64,000 nt of DNA from Burkholderiales bacterium (GCA_038211805.1 JBBQVF010000007.1:10177-74176); one strand, 5' to 3'. Shown: positions 50,412 to 60,790, counted from the first letter of the stretch. The notes: generated by a model from the letters alone, not told the origin. A program made the numbers and translations.

Positions 50412-51926
50412 ATGAACCGCTTCACGCCACCATCGGCAACGGTGTCGGCAGCGGACGGCGCAGGCCCGGAGGTCGGTCCAACACTGCTGTACGACGGCCT
50501 GATCACCATCGATGAACATCAGCGGGTGGTGATGGTGAACGCCGCCGCGTCGCGCATGTTCGGCTGCCCGGCGGCCGAGATGCTGGGCAGCGACCTGTCA
50601 CGGTTCATCCCGCCCGGGCCGCGGGCAGCCCATGCGCAGCAGGTACGGCAATTTCAGGCCTCCGAGGTGGTCGAACGCCATGCGCTGATGCGCAAGACCA
50701 TCACCGGGCTGCGCGCCAACGGTGAAGAATTTCTCGCCGAGGCGACGATCACCCGGATGGCGACCGCCGGCAGCCTGGGTGCGCACCGGCTCGTCACCGC
50801 CCAGTTGCGCGACCTCAGCGACCTGCGCAACCGCATGGCCAGCTTCACCGAGCGCATGCGCAGCATCATCGACCTGGCGCCGCTGGCGATCTGGATCACC
50901 GACGGCGACCGCATCGTCTACGCCAACAAGGCCAGCGCCAGCTTGTTCGGCGCCGCCGATCCGCAAGGGCTGCTGGGGCGGTCGATCTACACGATGTTGC
51001 GGCCCGAGTCGCATGCCGCCGTGCGCCAGGGCCTGGCGCAGGCCCTCGGCACCGACGCGGTGCCGCCGATCATCAGCGAACGCATCGCCCGGCTGGACGG
51101 CCAGGCGCGCGATGTCGAGATCGCCGTGGCCACGCTGCCCGACCATGGCACCACCACGCTGCAGATGGTGATCAGCGACGTCACCGACCGCATCCACCTG
51201 CACCGCGAACTGCAGGCCTCGCGCCAGGAGTTGCGGCGCTTCACCGCCGGCCTGGTCGAGGCCCGCGAGGCCGAGCGCCGCCACATTGCCCGCGAGTTGC
51301 ACGACGAACTGGCGCAGCGCCTGACGGCCATGAAGATGGCGCTGGCCACGCTGGGCCTGCCAGGCACGGCCGGCGACGGCGTCCATCCGGTGGCTGCGCT
51401 GATGGAGATGATCGACGACACCACGGCGGCGGTGCGCCGTATCGCCGCCGACCTGCGCCCGCCGATGCTGGACGACCTGGGCCTGAACGCGACGATCGAC
51501 TGGCTGGTCAACGGCTGGGCACGTCGGATGGGCCTGTCGGTCAGCCTGGTGCTGGACCCGGACGATCCGCCGATCGGCGATTCCGCCTCGATCGCGCTCT
51601 ACCGCATCCTGCAGGAAGCGCTGACCAACGTGGTGCGCCACTCCAAGGCCAGCCAGGTCCGGGTCGTGCTGCACAGCGATGCCCAGGCCGTGGTGCTGAC
51701 GGTGCAGGACAACGGCACCGGACTGCCGGCGCAGGCCAGGCATCCGCCCGGCTCGCACGGCCTGCTGGGCATGCGCGAGCGCTGCCAGATGCTGGGTGGC
51801 CAATTCAAGATCGGCAACGCTCCGGGCGGTGGTGTCGGCGTGACGGTGCGCTTGCCGCTGGCGACCGAACTGCCTGGCGAGCCGCCGTTGCACGCCGCGC
51901 AACCCACCCTGCCGAAGAGCGCCTGA
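50412..51926 (+). CDS. PAS-PAS sensor histidine kinase (HisKA_3 type)
   Basis: Two PAS domains; ERRHIARELHDE, LRPPMLDDLGL, QEALTNVVRH and DNGTG. Confidence 0.9.
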   Translation: MNRFTPPSATVSAADGAGPEVGPTLLYDGLITIDEHQRVVMVNAAASRMFGCPAAEMLGSDLSRFIPPGPRAAHAQQVRQFQASEVVERHALMRKTITGLRANGEEFLAEATITRMATAGSLGAHRLVTAQLRDLSDLRNRMASFTERMRSIIDLAPLAIWITDGDRIVYANKASASLFGAADPQGLLGRSIYTMLRPESHAAVRQGLAQALGTDAVPPIISERIARLDGQARDVEIAVATLPDHGTTTLQMVISDVTDRIHLHRELQASRQELRRFTAGLVEAREAERRHIARELHDELAQRLTAMKMALATLGLPGTAGDGVHPVAALMEMIDDTTAAVRRIAADLRPPMLDDLGLNATIDWLVNGWARRMGLSVSLVLDPDDPPIGDSASIALYRILQEALTNVVRHSKASQVRVVLHSDAQAVVLTVQDNGTGLPAQARHPPGSHGLLGMRERCQMLGGQFKIGNAPGGGVGVTVRLPLATELPGEPPLHAAQPTLPKSA

Positions 51927-52132
51927 ACGGTGGCCAGCGCAGACCGCCCGCCGCCCGCTGCAGCCCGCGCCCGGCCCGCCAAGGCCGCCGCCCGCGGTGT
52001 GGCGATGGCCGGCGCACCCCGAATGACCACCCACCTCCCGTGTCAGCCCCACCGCGTTCAAGCCGACCGCAGCCAGCCAAGAGCCAGCGACCGCTGGGCG
52101 AAGTTGGTGGCGCTCCGCGTCAAGGCGTCCCC

Positions 52133-52819
52133 GTGAGCGCGCCCACCGAGAGCGCTGCGCTGCGCCTGCTGATGGTCGATGACCATTCGATCGTGCGCGA
52201 GGGCCTCAAGCGCGTGCTGGCGATGAGCGGCAGCCCCTGGTCGATCACCGAGGCCGGCACCGGCGCCCAGGCGCTGGAATTGCTGCGCCACCAGGCCTTC
52301 GACCTCTGCATCCTCGACCTGTCGATGCCCGGCATGAGCGGCCTGGAATTGATCCGCCGCCTGCGCGACGGCTACCCGGCACTGCCGCTGCTGGTGCTGA
52401 GCATGCACGTCGAGGAGCAGTACGCAGTGCGGGCCTTCAAGCTGGGTGCCAAGGGCTACGTTACCAAGGACACCGCCGCCGCCGAGCTGGTGACCGCCGT
52501 GCGCAAGGTGGCGTCGGGGGGCGCCTACGTCTCGGCCAGCCTGGCCGAGCGCATGGTGCAGCAACTCAGCGGCGGCAGCCGCGCCCCCAGCCATGCCGAC
52601 CTGAGCAACCGCGAGCTCGAGGTGCTGCAGCGCATCGTCGCCGGCCAGCGCCTGACCGAGATCGCCGGCGCCCTTCACCTGTCGATCAAGACGGTGAGCA
52701 CCCACAAGGCGCACATCCAGGAGAAACTGCAGTTGCCGACCACCGCCGCGCTGATCCGCTACGGGCTGGAGAACCAGTTCGGCAAGGTGGTGCCCGACAC
52801 GTCGCCGGGCGCGTTGTGA
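52133..52819 (+). CDS. NarL/LuxR-family response regulator
   Basis: VDDH, LDLSMPG and LSNRELEVL ... KTVSTHK. Confidence 0.92.
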   Translation: MSAPTESAALRLLMVDDHSIVREGLKRVLAMSGSPWSITEAGTGAQALELLRHQAFDLCILDLSMPGMSGLELIRRLRDGYPALPLLVLSMHVEEQYAVRAFKLGAKGYVTKDTAAAELVTAVRKVASGGAYVSASLAERMVQQLSGGSRAPSHADLSNRELEVLQRIVAGQRLTEIAGALHLSIKTVSTHKAHIQEKLQLPTTAALIRYGLENQFGKVVPDTSPGAL

Positions 52820-52865
52820 ACCGCTGCCCGGCCGGCTGACCGGCGCAGCCCCGCCGGGATCAACC

Positions 52866-53957
52866 TCAGGGCACGACGGCCAGGAACAGGAACACCGCGA
52901 ACAGCACCAGGTGCACCGCGCCTTGCAGCACGGTGGCGCGGCCGCTGCCCAGCGTGAGGGTGCCGACGATGAAGGTCAGCGCCAGCAGCACGATCTCCTT
53001 GGGCGCCAGGCCCAGCACCAGCGGGTGCGGGAACCACAGGCTCAGCAGTGCCACCGCGGGAATCGTCAGCCCGATGCTGGCCAGCGCCGAACCCAGCGCC
53101 AGGTTCAGGCTGGTCTGCAGCCGGTTGTGCGCAGCCGCACGCACCGCCGCCAAGGTTTCGGGCGCCAGCACCAGCAACGCGATGATCACGCCCACCAGCG
53201 ACGCCGGCGCGCCGGCATGGGCCACCGCCGCCTCGATCGTCGGCGCCAGCGTCTTGGCCAAGCCCACCACGGCCACCAGGCAGGCCAGCAGCAAGCCCAG
53301 GCTGAGCCAGGCCACCGGGGTGGACGGTGGCTCGGCATGGCTGTGCTGGTCGCTGCCGGCCACCTCGGGCAGGAAGTAGTCGCGGTGTCGCACCGTCTGC
53401 ACGAAGACGAACGCACCGTACAAGGCCAGCGACACGACGCCGGCAAACGCCAGCTGCGAGCCGGAGAAGGTGGGCCCGGCGGTGCTGGTGGTGAAGGCCG
53501 GCAGCACCAGGGTGAGCGTGGCCAGCGCCACCAGCACCGCCAGCGTCGGGCTGGTGCCCTCGACCCGAAAGGCCAGCACCCGGTGGCGCAGTCCGCCCAC
53601 CAGCACGCACAGCCCGACCACGCCGTTGCAGACGATCATGATCGCGGCGAACACCGTGTCGCGCGCCAGCGCAGTGGCCGTGGCACCTCCGGCCAGCATC
53701 AGCGAGACGATCAGCGCCACCTCGATCACCGTCACGGCCACCGCCAGCATCAGCGTGCCGAAGGGCTCGCCCACCTTGTGCGCCACCACCTCGGCATGGT
53801 GCACCGCCGTCATCACCGCGGCCACCAGGCTGGCGCCGATGCCGGCCAACGCCCACCCGCCGGGGTCGGCACCAAAGAAAACCGCCAGCACCGCCAGCGA
53901 CAGCGCCGGCGACAGCAGGCTCCACAGGGGCAAGGCACTTGGCAGACGGCGACGCAT
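52866..53957 (-). CDS. chaA: Ca2+(Na+)/H+ antiporter, ChaA family
   Basis: HHAEVVAHKVGEPFGTL, ARDTVFA and ALGSALASIGLTIPAV. Confidence 0.88.
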   Translation of the reverse strand: MRRRLPSALPLWSLLSPALSLAVLAVFFGADPGGWALAGIGASLVAAVMTAVHHAEVVAHKVGEPFGTLMLAVAVTVIEVALIVSLMLAGGATATALARDTVFAAIMIVCNGVVGLCVLVGGLRHRVLAFRVEGTSPTLAVLVALATLTLVLPAFTTSTAGPTFSGSQLAFAGVVSLALYGAFVFVQTVRHRDYFLPEVAGSDQHSHAEPPSTPVAWLSLGLLLACLVAVVGLAKTLAPTIEAAVAHAGAPASLVGVIIALLVLAPETLAAVRAAAHNRLQTSLNLALGSALASIGLTIPAVALLSLWFPHPLVLGLAPKEIVLLALTFIVGTLTLGSGRATVLQGAVHLVLFAVFLFLAVVP

Positions 53958-54086
53958 GGCAAAGCATAGGCCAGGAGGCTGTCCCGCGCCGCGCCGTGGC
54001 CACGGCCGTGGCGGCCGTGCCGGGGTCATCGGCTAAGCTCGCGCCCCGAAAGACCTGCCCTGCGCCGCGTGCGCCGTGCCTGCCGA

Positions 54087-56165
54087 ATGCGCCCTGTCTG
54101 CACCCCAACCTCGCCCCTGCCGGGCCCCCGCCGCTGGCTGGCCGCCATCGCCTGGCTGGCTGCTGCGGTCAGCGCCGGCGCGGCGCTCCCGGCGGATCCG
54201 GCGGACCTGGCCGACCCGCCGCCCGATTGCGGCCTGCTGTGGCGGGTGACCGCCCGGCTGGACGCGGTGCCGCGCCAGTTGCAGGTCGAGATCGCCTTCG
54301 ATGCCGGCGGCCGCAGCAGCACGAACCTGCGCCTGCCCGGCGGCTGGGCCGAGGTGACCGAAACCACCGCCGGGCAAGCCGGCCAAGCCGGGCAAGGCGG
54401 CCAGCCGACCGCCGCCGCCGAGCCGCGGCTGCTGCCGGTGCCTGGTGCGCCCACGCTGCGCCAGGTGCTGCACCGCCCGGGCGAGCGGGTGCGGCTGCAG
54501 TGGCGCCTGGTGCCCGCCGCCGGCAGCCAAGCCAGCGGCGTGCGCCTGTCTGCCCGATGGCTGGCGTTCAGCGGCCAGAGCGTGCTGCCGATGCCGCTGG
54601 AGACCGACGAGCGGGCGCCGCCCAACGCCTGCATCGCGCTGGCCGGGCTGGCCCCGGGCGGGCGCTGGGTCAGCAGCCATGGTGCGGCCGAAACACCCCA
54701 GGCCTGGCTGCGGCTGGCCGCGGGCGCCGCGCCGCTGGCGGTGCGGGTGCAGCAAGCCCTGCTCGCCGGCGGCGCCCTGCAAGTCCACAGCGCCCTGGCC
54801 GACGGCAGCCCGCTCACCGTGGCCCTGCCCGAGGGCCCGTGGCGCTTCGACGCCGAGACACTGCACCGTGCCGCCGCCCAGGCGATCGCAGCGCAACGCC
54901 GTTATTGGGGCAGCGGCCCTGCCGGCGCCCAGGCTGACGGTGGCCTGCCCTGGCTGCTGCTGTTGATGCCGGCCGATGCCGGCCAGACCGGCGGCACCGC
55001 CTGGCAGCGTGGGCTGGCACTGCAGGCGCCGCCGGACCTGACGCTGCCCAGTGCCGGCTTCGATCTGCTGATGACCCAAGGCCTGGCGCGGGCCTGGGTG
55101 ACCGATCGCTTCGGCCCGCTGGCCCACGCCGGCCGCGGTGACGAAGGCCAGCGGGCCTGGTTTGGCGAAGGCGTCGCGGACTTCCTGACCCACCGCACCC
55201 TGCTGCGCCAGGGCCTCTGGACACCTGACGACTACGCCGTCACCCTCAACCGCAAGATTTCGGCCACGCTGCGCACCCCCGGGCCCGAGCCGGTGTTGGC
55301 CAACGACCCGACAGCCCTGGCAAGCTTGCAGGGAGAGTGGCTGGCACTGCGCTGGCATGCCGCGCTGCTGGCGGCAGGCCGGCCCGGGCTGGAGGCGCAA
55401 TTGCAGCGGCTGCTGGTGCCCGCCGTGCAGGCCCGGCGCGAGGGCCCGATCAGCGCGCCGCTGGCCACCCACCGCCTGCTGGCCGCGCTGCGGCCGGCGC
55501 TGGGTGACACCGCGCTGGCCGACCTCAAGCGCCACGTCGAGCAGGGCGAGCCGGTCGAATTCGGGCCGGCCGCGCTGGGGCCCTGCTTCGTCGGCCGCCG
55601 GCAGGTGGTGGGCCGCTGGCAGCTGGGGTTCGACCCCGCCTCGCTGACCACCGGCGTGCTGCAAGCCGTGGAGCCCGGCAGCAGCGCCGAGGCGGCCGGC
55701 CTGCGCAACGGCCTGCTGTTGCGCGGCCATGCCTGGATGCCGGGCGACGCCACCCAGACGGTGTGGCTGCGGCTGCAGGATGGCAGCGCGAGCCCGGTTG
55801 AAGTGAGCTACCTGCCCGCCGCCCCACCGCTGCGTGAGCTGCCCCGCTACGACAGCCTGCCACAAGCCCTGCAACGGCCCGACTGCCAGGCCTGGCTGGG
55901 CCCGGCAGCCCATGCCGCGGCAGGCGCTGCCGCATGGGCGCCGGGCGCGCCCGGTCGGGCCGCCGCGACCTCGGGCGGTCGAACGGCCGCTGCACCGGCC
56001 CCGGCCCGCGCCGGTGCCAAGGCCAAGGCCAAGGTTGGACCGAAGGCCAAGGCGGGCAAAGCCAAATCTGCAGGCAAGGGCCAGGCGCCGGCCGCTGCCT
56101 CGCCCAAGCCCAGGCTCAAATCCGACCGCAAGACCGCCTCGAAACCAACGACTGTGCAGCGCTGA
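54087..56165 (+). CDS. Secreted M61/gluzincin-like protein with PDZ-like segment, lacking HEXXH
   Basis: Signal peptide; WFGEGVADFL motif; VEPGSSAEAAGLRNG PDZ-like segment; Lys/Ala-rich tail. Confidence 0.6.
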   Translation: MRPVCTPTSPLPGPRRWLAAIAWLAAAVSAGAALPADPADLADPPPDCGLLWRVTARLDAVPRQLQVEIAFDAGGRSSTNLRLPGGWAEVTETTAGQAGQAGQGGQPTAAAEPRLLPVPGAPTLRQVLHRPGERVRLQWRLVPAAGSQASGVRLSARWLAFSGQSVLPMPLETDERAPPNACIALAGLAPGGRWVSSHGAAETPQAWLRLAAGAAPLAVRVQQALLAGGALQVHSALADGSPLTVALPEGPWRFDAETLHRAAAQAIAAQRRYWGSGPAGAQADGGLPWLLLLMPADAGQTGGTAWQRGLALQAPPDLTLPSAGFDLLMTQGLARAWVTDRFGPLAHAGRGDEGQRAWFGEGVADFLTHRTLLRQGLWTPDDYAVTLNRKISATLRTPGPEPVLANDPTALASLQGEWLALRWHAALLAAGRPGLEAQLQRLLVPAVQARREGPISAPLATHRLLAALRPALGDTALADLKRHVEQGEPVEFGPAALGPCFVGRRQVVGRWQLGFDPASLTTGVLQAVEPGSSAEAAGLRNGLLLRGHAWMPGDATQTVWLRLQDGSASPVEVSYLPAAPPLRELPRYDSLPQALQRPDCQAWLGPAAHAAAGAAAWAPGAPGRAAATSGGRTAAAPAPARAGAKAKAKVGPKAKAGKAKSAGKGQAPAAASPKPRLKSDRKTASKPTTVQR

Positions 56166-56274
56166 CGGCGGCCTGCGCTGCGGGCCACACGGTCACGCTG
56201 CGGGCCACACAGTCACGTAGCAACCGGCATGATCACGCTCAAACGCCCCGCCCACCCGCCTTGAAAGGTCCGCC

Positions 56275-57567
56275 ATGAACCGCACCGCCCTGGTGGTCAT
56301 CGACGTGCAACGCGCCCTGTTCGAGCCCGAGCCCCGACCTCACGAGGCGGAGGCGGTGCTGGCGCGCGTCCACAGCCTGGCCGTGCAGGTGCGCGCTGCC
56401 GGCGTGCCGGTGGTGTGGGTGCAGCATGAACGTGAACATCACGCACTGGCGCATGGCAGCGACGGCTGGGCACTGCCCACCGCGGTGCAGGCCATCTCGA
56501 CAGACCACTTCGTGCGCAAGACCACGCCCGATGCGTTCTTGCGCACCGGGCTGGGCGACTGGCTGGCCGCGCGCGGGATCGACCACCTGGTGGTCTGCGG
56601 CTACGCCAGCGAGTTCTGCATCGACACCAGCACCCGCCGCGCCGCCAGCCTGGGGCTGGCCGTCACCCTGGTGGCCGACGGCCACACCACGCACGACAAG
56701 GCGCACGCCAGCGGCGGCCTGATCCGCACCCACCACAACGCCACGTTGACGGGCTTGACCAGCTTCGGCCCGGTGATCCGCGCGGTGGCGGCGGCCGACA
56801 TCGGGTTTGGCGGCGACCCCGCACCGGCCACAGAACGAGCCGCCACACCAGCCGCCACACCAGCCGCCACACCAACCGCCACCCACGTCGCCACAGCTGC
56901 CGCCGCACCAGACGCTGCACCAGACGCCGCACCAGCCGCCGCACCAGCCGCTACGCCCGGCCAGGTACACAGCGTCGAACAGCTGGCCGCGCTGTACGGC
57001 CAGCCCAGCGAGGCCGCGCTGATCAAGGAATCAGCGGTGCTGACCTCCGCCTACCGCGCGCTGCTGGAAGCCTCGCCCTTCATGGTGCTGGCCACCAGCG
57101 GGCCGGGCGGGCTGGACGCGTCGCCACGCGGCGACCCGGCACCGTTGCTGGTGGTGCAGGACGAGCGCACCCTGTTGCTGCCCGACCGCCGCGGCAACCA
57201 CCGACTGGACAGCCTGCGCAACATCGTGGCCGACCCGCGGGTGGCCTTGCTGTGTCTGGTGCCGGGCACGTCCGAGACCCTGCGCATCAACGGCCGCGCC
57301 CTGGTCAGTGCCGACCCGGTGCTGTGCCAGCGCCTGGCGATCAACGGCAAACCGCCGGCCACGGTGGTGGTGATCAGCATCGACGTGGTGTACATGCAGT
57401 GCGCCCGGGCACTGGCCCGATCGCAACTGTGGAACACCGCCACCTGGCCGGCCCGCGACAGCCTGCCCAGCGCTGGCCAGATGCTCAGCAGTGCCAGCCA
57501 GGGTCGCTTCAACGGCGCCGCCTACGATGCCGCACTGCCGATGCGCCAGCGCGATTCGCTGTACTGA
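56275..57567 (+). CDS. Isochorismatase-family hydrolase fused to a pyridoxamine-5'-phosphate-oxidase-like FMN-binding domain
   Basis: ALVVIDVQ, KTTPDAF and GYASEFCIDTS; Ala/Thr/Pro repeat linker; DASPRGD and PDRRGNHRLDSLRNI. Confidence 0.8.
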   Translation: MNRTALVVIDVQRALFEPEPRPHEAEAVLARVHSLAVQVRAAGVPVVWVQHEREHHALAHGSDGWALPTAVQAISTDHFVRKTTPDAFLRTGLGDWLAARGIDHLVVCGYASEFCIDTSTRRAASLGLAVTLVADGHTTHDKAHASGGLIRTHHNATLTGLTSFGPVIRAVAAADIGFGGDPAPATERAATPAATPAATPTATHVATAAAAPDAAPDAAPAAAPAATPGQVHSVEQLAALYGQPSEAALIKESAVLTSAYRALLEASPFMVLATSGPGGLDASPRGDPAPLLVVQDERTLLLPDRRGNHRLDSLRNIVADPRVALLCLVPGTSETLRINGRALVSADPVLCQRLAINGKPPATVVVISIDVVYMQCARALARSQLWNTATWPARDSLPSAGQMLSSASQGRFNGAAYDAALPMRQRDSLY

Positions 57568-57690
57568 AGGCCGCAGGGGCCTGCGCCAACGCAGCGGCGG
57601 GCGCGGCCAAAAACACCCTGGCGACGCACCAGCCGCCGCCCCGCCGCCACCGGCCCGGCGGCGCGGCGGCGCGGCGGCGCCGACAATCGG

Positions 57691-59055
57691 GTGATGACCT
57701 CCGCTTCCCCCTGCCGCCCCGGCGCGCCTGCCGCCGAGCCGCAGCAGTTCATCGACCGCCTGCAACGCTGCCTGGCCGAGGGCAGCTTCGTGCAGCTGAG
57801 CCTGGCCCGCCCGCACGGCACCGACCCCACACTGCAGAAGCTGCTGGCCCGCCGCGTCGTGCTGCGTGGCGAAGACCACCTGTCGCTGGTGTGGCGCCAC
57901 CAGACCCGCGACATCACCAAGAACCTGCCGCTGGCCGATGCGGTGGCGCTGCTGGCCACGCTGGTCGAAGGCAGCTTTCACCATGCCCACCTGGTGACGC
58001 GCCAGCACGACATCCAGCTGGCCTGGGGCAAGCGCGGAAGCTGGGGCCTGCGGGTGGGCAAGCTGGCGGCGGCCGCCGCAGCGCCGCCCCATTCCAAGCC
58101 ACGCGATCAGGCCCATAACCAGGCCCATAACCAGGCCCACGACCAGGCCCACGACCAGGCCCACGCCCACGACCGGGCCAGACAACACGCGCTGGCGCTG
58201 GACCTGCCCTTCCTGGCCGAACTGGGTGTCACCGACGCGCAAGGCCGGCTGGTGCCGGCGATGGCACGCAAGTGGCGGCAGATCAACAAGTTCGTCGAAG
58301 TGCTGGGCCATGCCCTGGCGCAATCGACCCTGGCCACCCGCGACCCGGCACAGCCGGTGCGGGTGCTCGACTTCGGCGCCGGCAAGGGCTACCTGACCTT
58401 CGCCGTGCAGCACCACCTGCTCGCCATCGGCCGCGTGCCCGATGTCACCGGCGTCGAGCTGCGCGACGACCTCACCGGCCTGTGCAACGCCGCGGTCGCC
58501 CGGCTGGGGCTGACCGGCCTGCAGTTCGCGACCGGCGACGTGCGCGGCTTCGCCGACCCGGCCGCCACCGGCGGCACCAAGCTGGACGTGATGATCGCGC
58601 TGCACGCCTGCGACATCGCCACCGACGTGGCGATGCACCGCGGCGTGGTCAGCGGCGCCGCGGTCATCTTGTGCTCACCCTGCTGCCACAAGCAGCTGCG
58701 CCCGCAGATGCGCAGCCCGGCGCTGCTGCAGCCGATGCTGCGCCACGGCATCCACATGACCGAGCAGGCCGAGATGCTGACCGACACGCTGCGTGCACTG
58801 CTGCTGCAAAGCCGCGGCTACGACACCCAGGTGTTCGAGTTCATCTCGCCCGAGCACACCAGCAAGAACAAGATGGTGCTGGCGGTGCGCCGCGCCCAGC
58901 CGCTGCCCGCCGCCCAGCAGGCCGCACTGCGGACGCAGGTGACCGAGTTGAAGTCCTTCTACGGCGTGCGCGAGCAGTACCTGGAAAGCCTGTTCGACGC
59001 CGACGACGGTGCAACATCGCCACCGCCACCGCCACCGCCACCGACACTGCCTTGA
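57691..59055 (+). CDS. SAM-dependent methyltransferase
   Basis: KWRQINKF, DFGAGKGYLTFA, IALHACDIATD, PCCH and EHTSKNKM. Confidence 0.85.
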   Translation: MMTSASPCRPGAPAAEPQQFIDRLQRCLAEGSFVQLSLARPHGTDPTLQKLLARRVVLRGEDHLSLVWRHQTRDITKNLPLADAVALLATLVEGSFHHAHLVTRQHDIQLAWGKRGSWGLRVGKLAAAAAAPPHSKPRDQAHNQAHNQAHDQAHDQAHAHDRARQHALALDLPFLAELGVTDAQGRLVPAMARKWRQINKFVEVLGHALAQSTLATRDPAQPVRVLDFGAGKGYLTFAVQHHLLAIGRVPDVTGVELRDDLTGLCNAAVARLGLTGLQFATGDVRGFADPAATGGTKLDVMIALHACDIATDVAMHRGVVSGAAVILCSPCCHKQLRPQMRSPALLQPMLRHGIHMTEQAEMLTDTLRALLLQSRGYDTQVFEFISPEHTSKNKMVLAVRRAQPLPAAQQAALRTQVTELKSFYGVREQYLESLFDADDGATSPPPPPPPPTLP

Positions 59056-59202
59056 TCGCCGCCGGCGGCGCCCGCCGCGGCCGGCGGCGTTCAGGGTCGA
59101 GTGGCCGGCGGCTGGCGCTGGCCGCGCCACCCCGGTGGCAACCACCATGGCCGCCGGGGCGCCGGCGTTGCATCATCGGGCAGCGCCTTGCCGGAGTGCC
59201 GC

Positions 59203-60402
59203 ATGCCCTTTCGTACCGACCCGATCCGATCGGCCCAGCACCGTGAACTGCTGGCCACGGCCGCGCGCGCCGCACTGGCCCTGACCGGCCGCAGTGCCGA
59301 GATCGAGGCCCAGCGCCACCTGCCGCAAGACATCGCCGACAGCCTGGCCAACGCCGGCCTGTACCGGCTGCTGACGCCACAGGTGCATGGCGGCCACGAG
59401 GCCCACCCGGCCACCTTCTACGCGGTGATCGAGCAACTCGCCCGGGCCGACGCCGCCGTGGCCTGGTGCTGCTTCATTTCCTGCACCGCCAGCCTGCTGG
59501 CCGCCTACCTGCCCGAGCCCGAAGCCACGGCCCTCTTCAGCCGGCTCGACCTGAAGGCCGCCGGTGTCTTCGCCCCGCGTGGCAAGGCCCGGCTGGCTGA
59601 GCAAGACGGTGTCGCCGGCCTGCGCGTCAGCGGCCGCTGGGCCTGGGGCTCGGGCGCGCACAACGCCGACATCATCACCGCCGGCTGCCTGCTCTTCGGC
59701 AACGACGGCAAGCCCGAACTGGGCATCGACGGCGCGCCGCGCGTGCTCAGCGTGGTGCTGTCGCGCGCCCAGGTTCGGCTGATCGACAACTGGGACAGCC
59801 ACGGCCTGTGCGGCACCGGCAGCGGCGAGTTCGAGGTGGCCGACGCCTTCGTGCCGCTGTCGCGCAGCGCGTCGCTGTTCGACGGCGCGCGCGTCGACAC
59901 GCCGCTGTACCGGTTTCCGGTGTTCGGCCTGCTGGCCATTGCGATTGCCGCGGTGGCCACCGGCATCGCACGCGCGGCTTTGGACCACTTCATCGCCGAG
60001 GCTGGTCGCAGCGTGCCGCAGGCCAGCACCAAGCCGCTGTCCAGCCGGCCGGTGGTGCAGGACGCGGTGGCCCGCGCCGAAGCCAAGCTGCAATCTGCCC
60101 GCGCCTGGCTGATGGCCACCGTGGACAACGCCTGGGCCGCCGCCCAGCAGCCCGGCGTGCTGGCGGTGGAGGCTCGGCGCGATCTGCGGCTGGCGGCCAG
60201 CCACGCGGTGCAGACGTCGGCCGAGGTGGTCGACCGCGTCTACACGCTGGCCGGCGGCGTTGCGGTGTTCGCCGCCTCGCCGCTGCAGCGCGCGCTGCGC
60301 GACGTGCACGTCGCCACCCAGCACATGATGGTCAACGACGCCACCTACGAACTGACCGGCCGCCTACTGCTGGGCGTGCCTACGCAAGTCAACATGCTGT
60401 AG
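59203..60402 (+). CDS. Acyl-CoA dehydrogenase-fold flavin-dependent hydroxylase (HsaA-like)
   Basis: [20 protein letters not shown] and [14 protein letters not shown]. Confidence 0.82.
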   Translation: MPFRTDPIRSAQHRELLATAARAALALTGRSAEIEAQRHLPQDIADSLANAGLYRLLTPQVHGGHEAHPATFYAVIEQLARADAAVAWCCFISCTASLLAAYLPEPEATALFSRLDLKAAGVFAPRGKARLAEQDGVAGLRVSGRWAWGSGAHNADIITAGCLLFGNDGKPELGIDGAPRVLSVVLSRAQVRLIDNWDSHGLCGTGSGEFEVADAFVPLSRSASLFDGARVDTPLYRFPVFGLLAIAIAAVATGIARAALDHFIAEAGRSVPQASTKPLSSRPVVQDAVARAEAKLQSARAWLMATVDNAWAAAQQPGVLAVEARRDLRLAASHAVQTSAEVVDRVYTLAGGVAVFAASPLQRALRDVHVATQHMMVNDATYELTGRLLLGVPTQVNML

Positions 60403-60419
60403 CCGCGCAGCGCAGCGAC

Positions 60420-60563
60420 CTAACGGTCAGGATGCAAAGCCTCGAAACCGGGCAACAGGCCTTCGTCGTCGATCAACCGACCCAGCGACCACCACGCCCA
60501 TGCCGCCAGCCCGAATGCGGGCGCCACCACCAAAGTGGCCAGAAAGCAGGCTGTCAAGCTCAT
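60420..60563 (-). CDS. Putative 47-aa single-pass membrane protein (not in ORF track)
   Basis: AAGGA RBS; [47 protein letters not shown]. Confidence 0.5.
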   Translation of the reverse strand: MSLTACFLATLVVAPAFGLAAWAWWSLGRLIDDEGLLPGFEALHPDR

Positions 60564-60790
60564 GGCGTTGTCCTTCAACGGCCCGTGGCCGATGGGCCCA
60601 CTGTGCGCGCCACGCCACCGCGCCGACAGCGGACGTTGCGCCCTGGCGATGTAGTCAGCGTCCTACGCCGGTGGCCCGCCTGGACCGACAGGCCTGCGAG
60701 CCGGCGTCCGCTCACCAGCAACGGCAGGCCGCGCCACACTGTCAGCACCGCAGCACATCCGCCTGCGGCCCGCACTGCCAGGAGGCCCGC

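Noticed and set aside
51927-52132. ORF between the kinase and the response regulator
   Set aside because: Low-complexity Ala/Arg/Pro translation with no RBS or recognisable motif.
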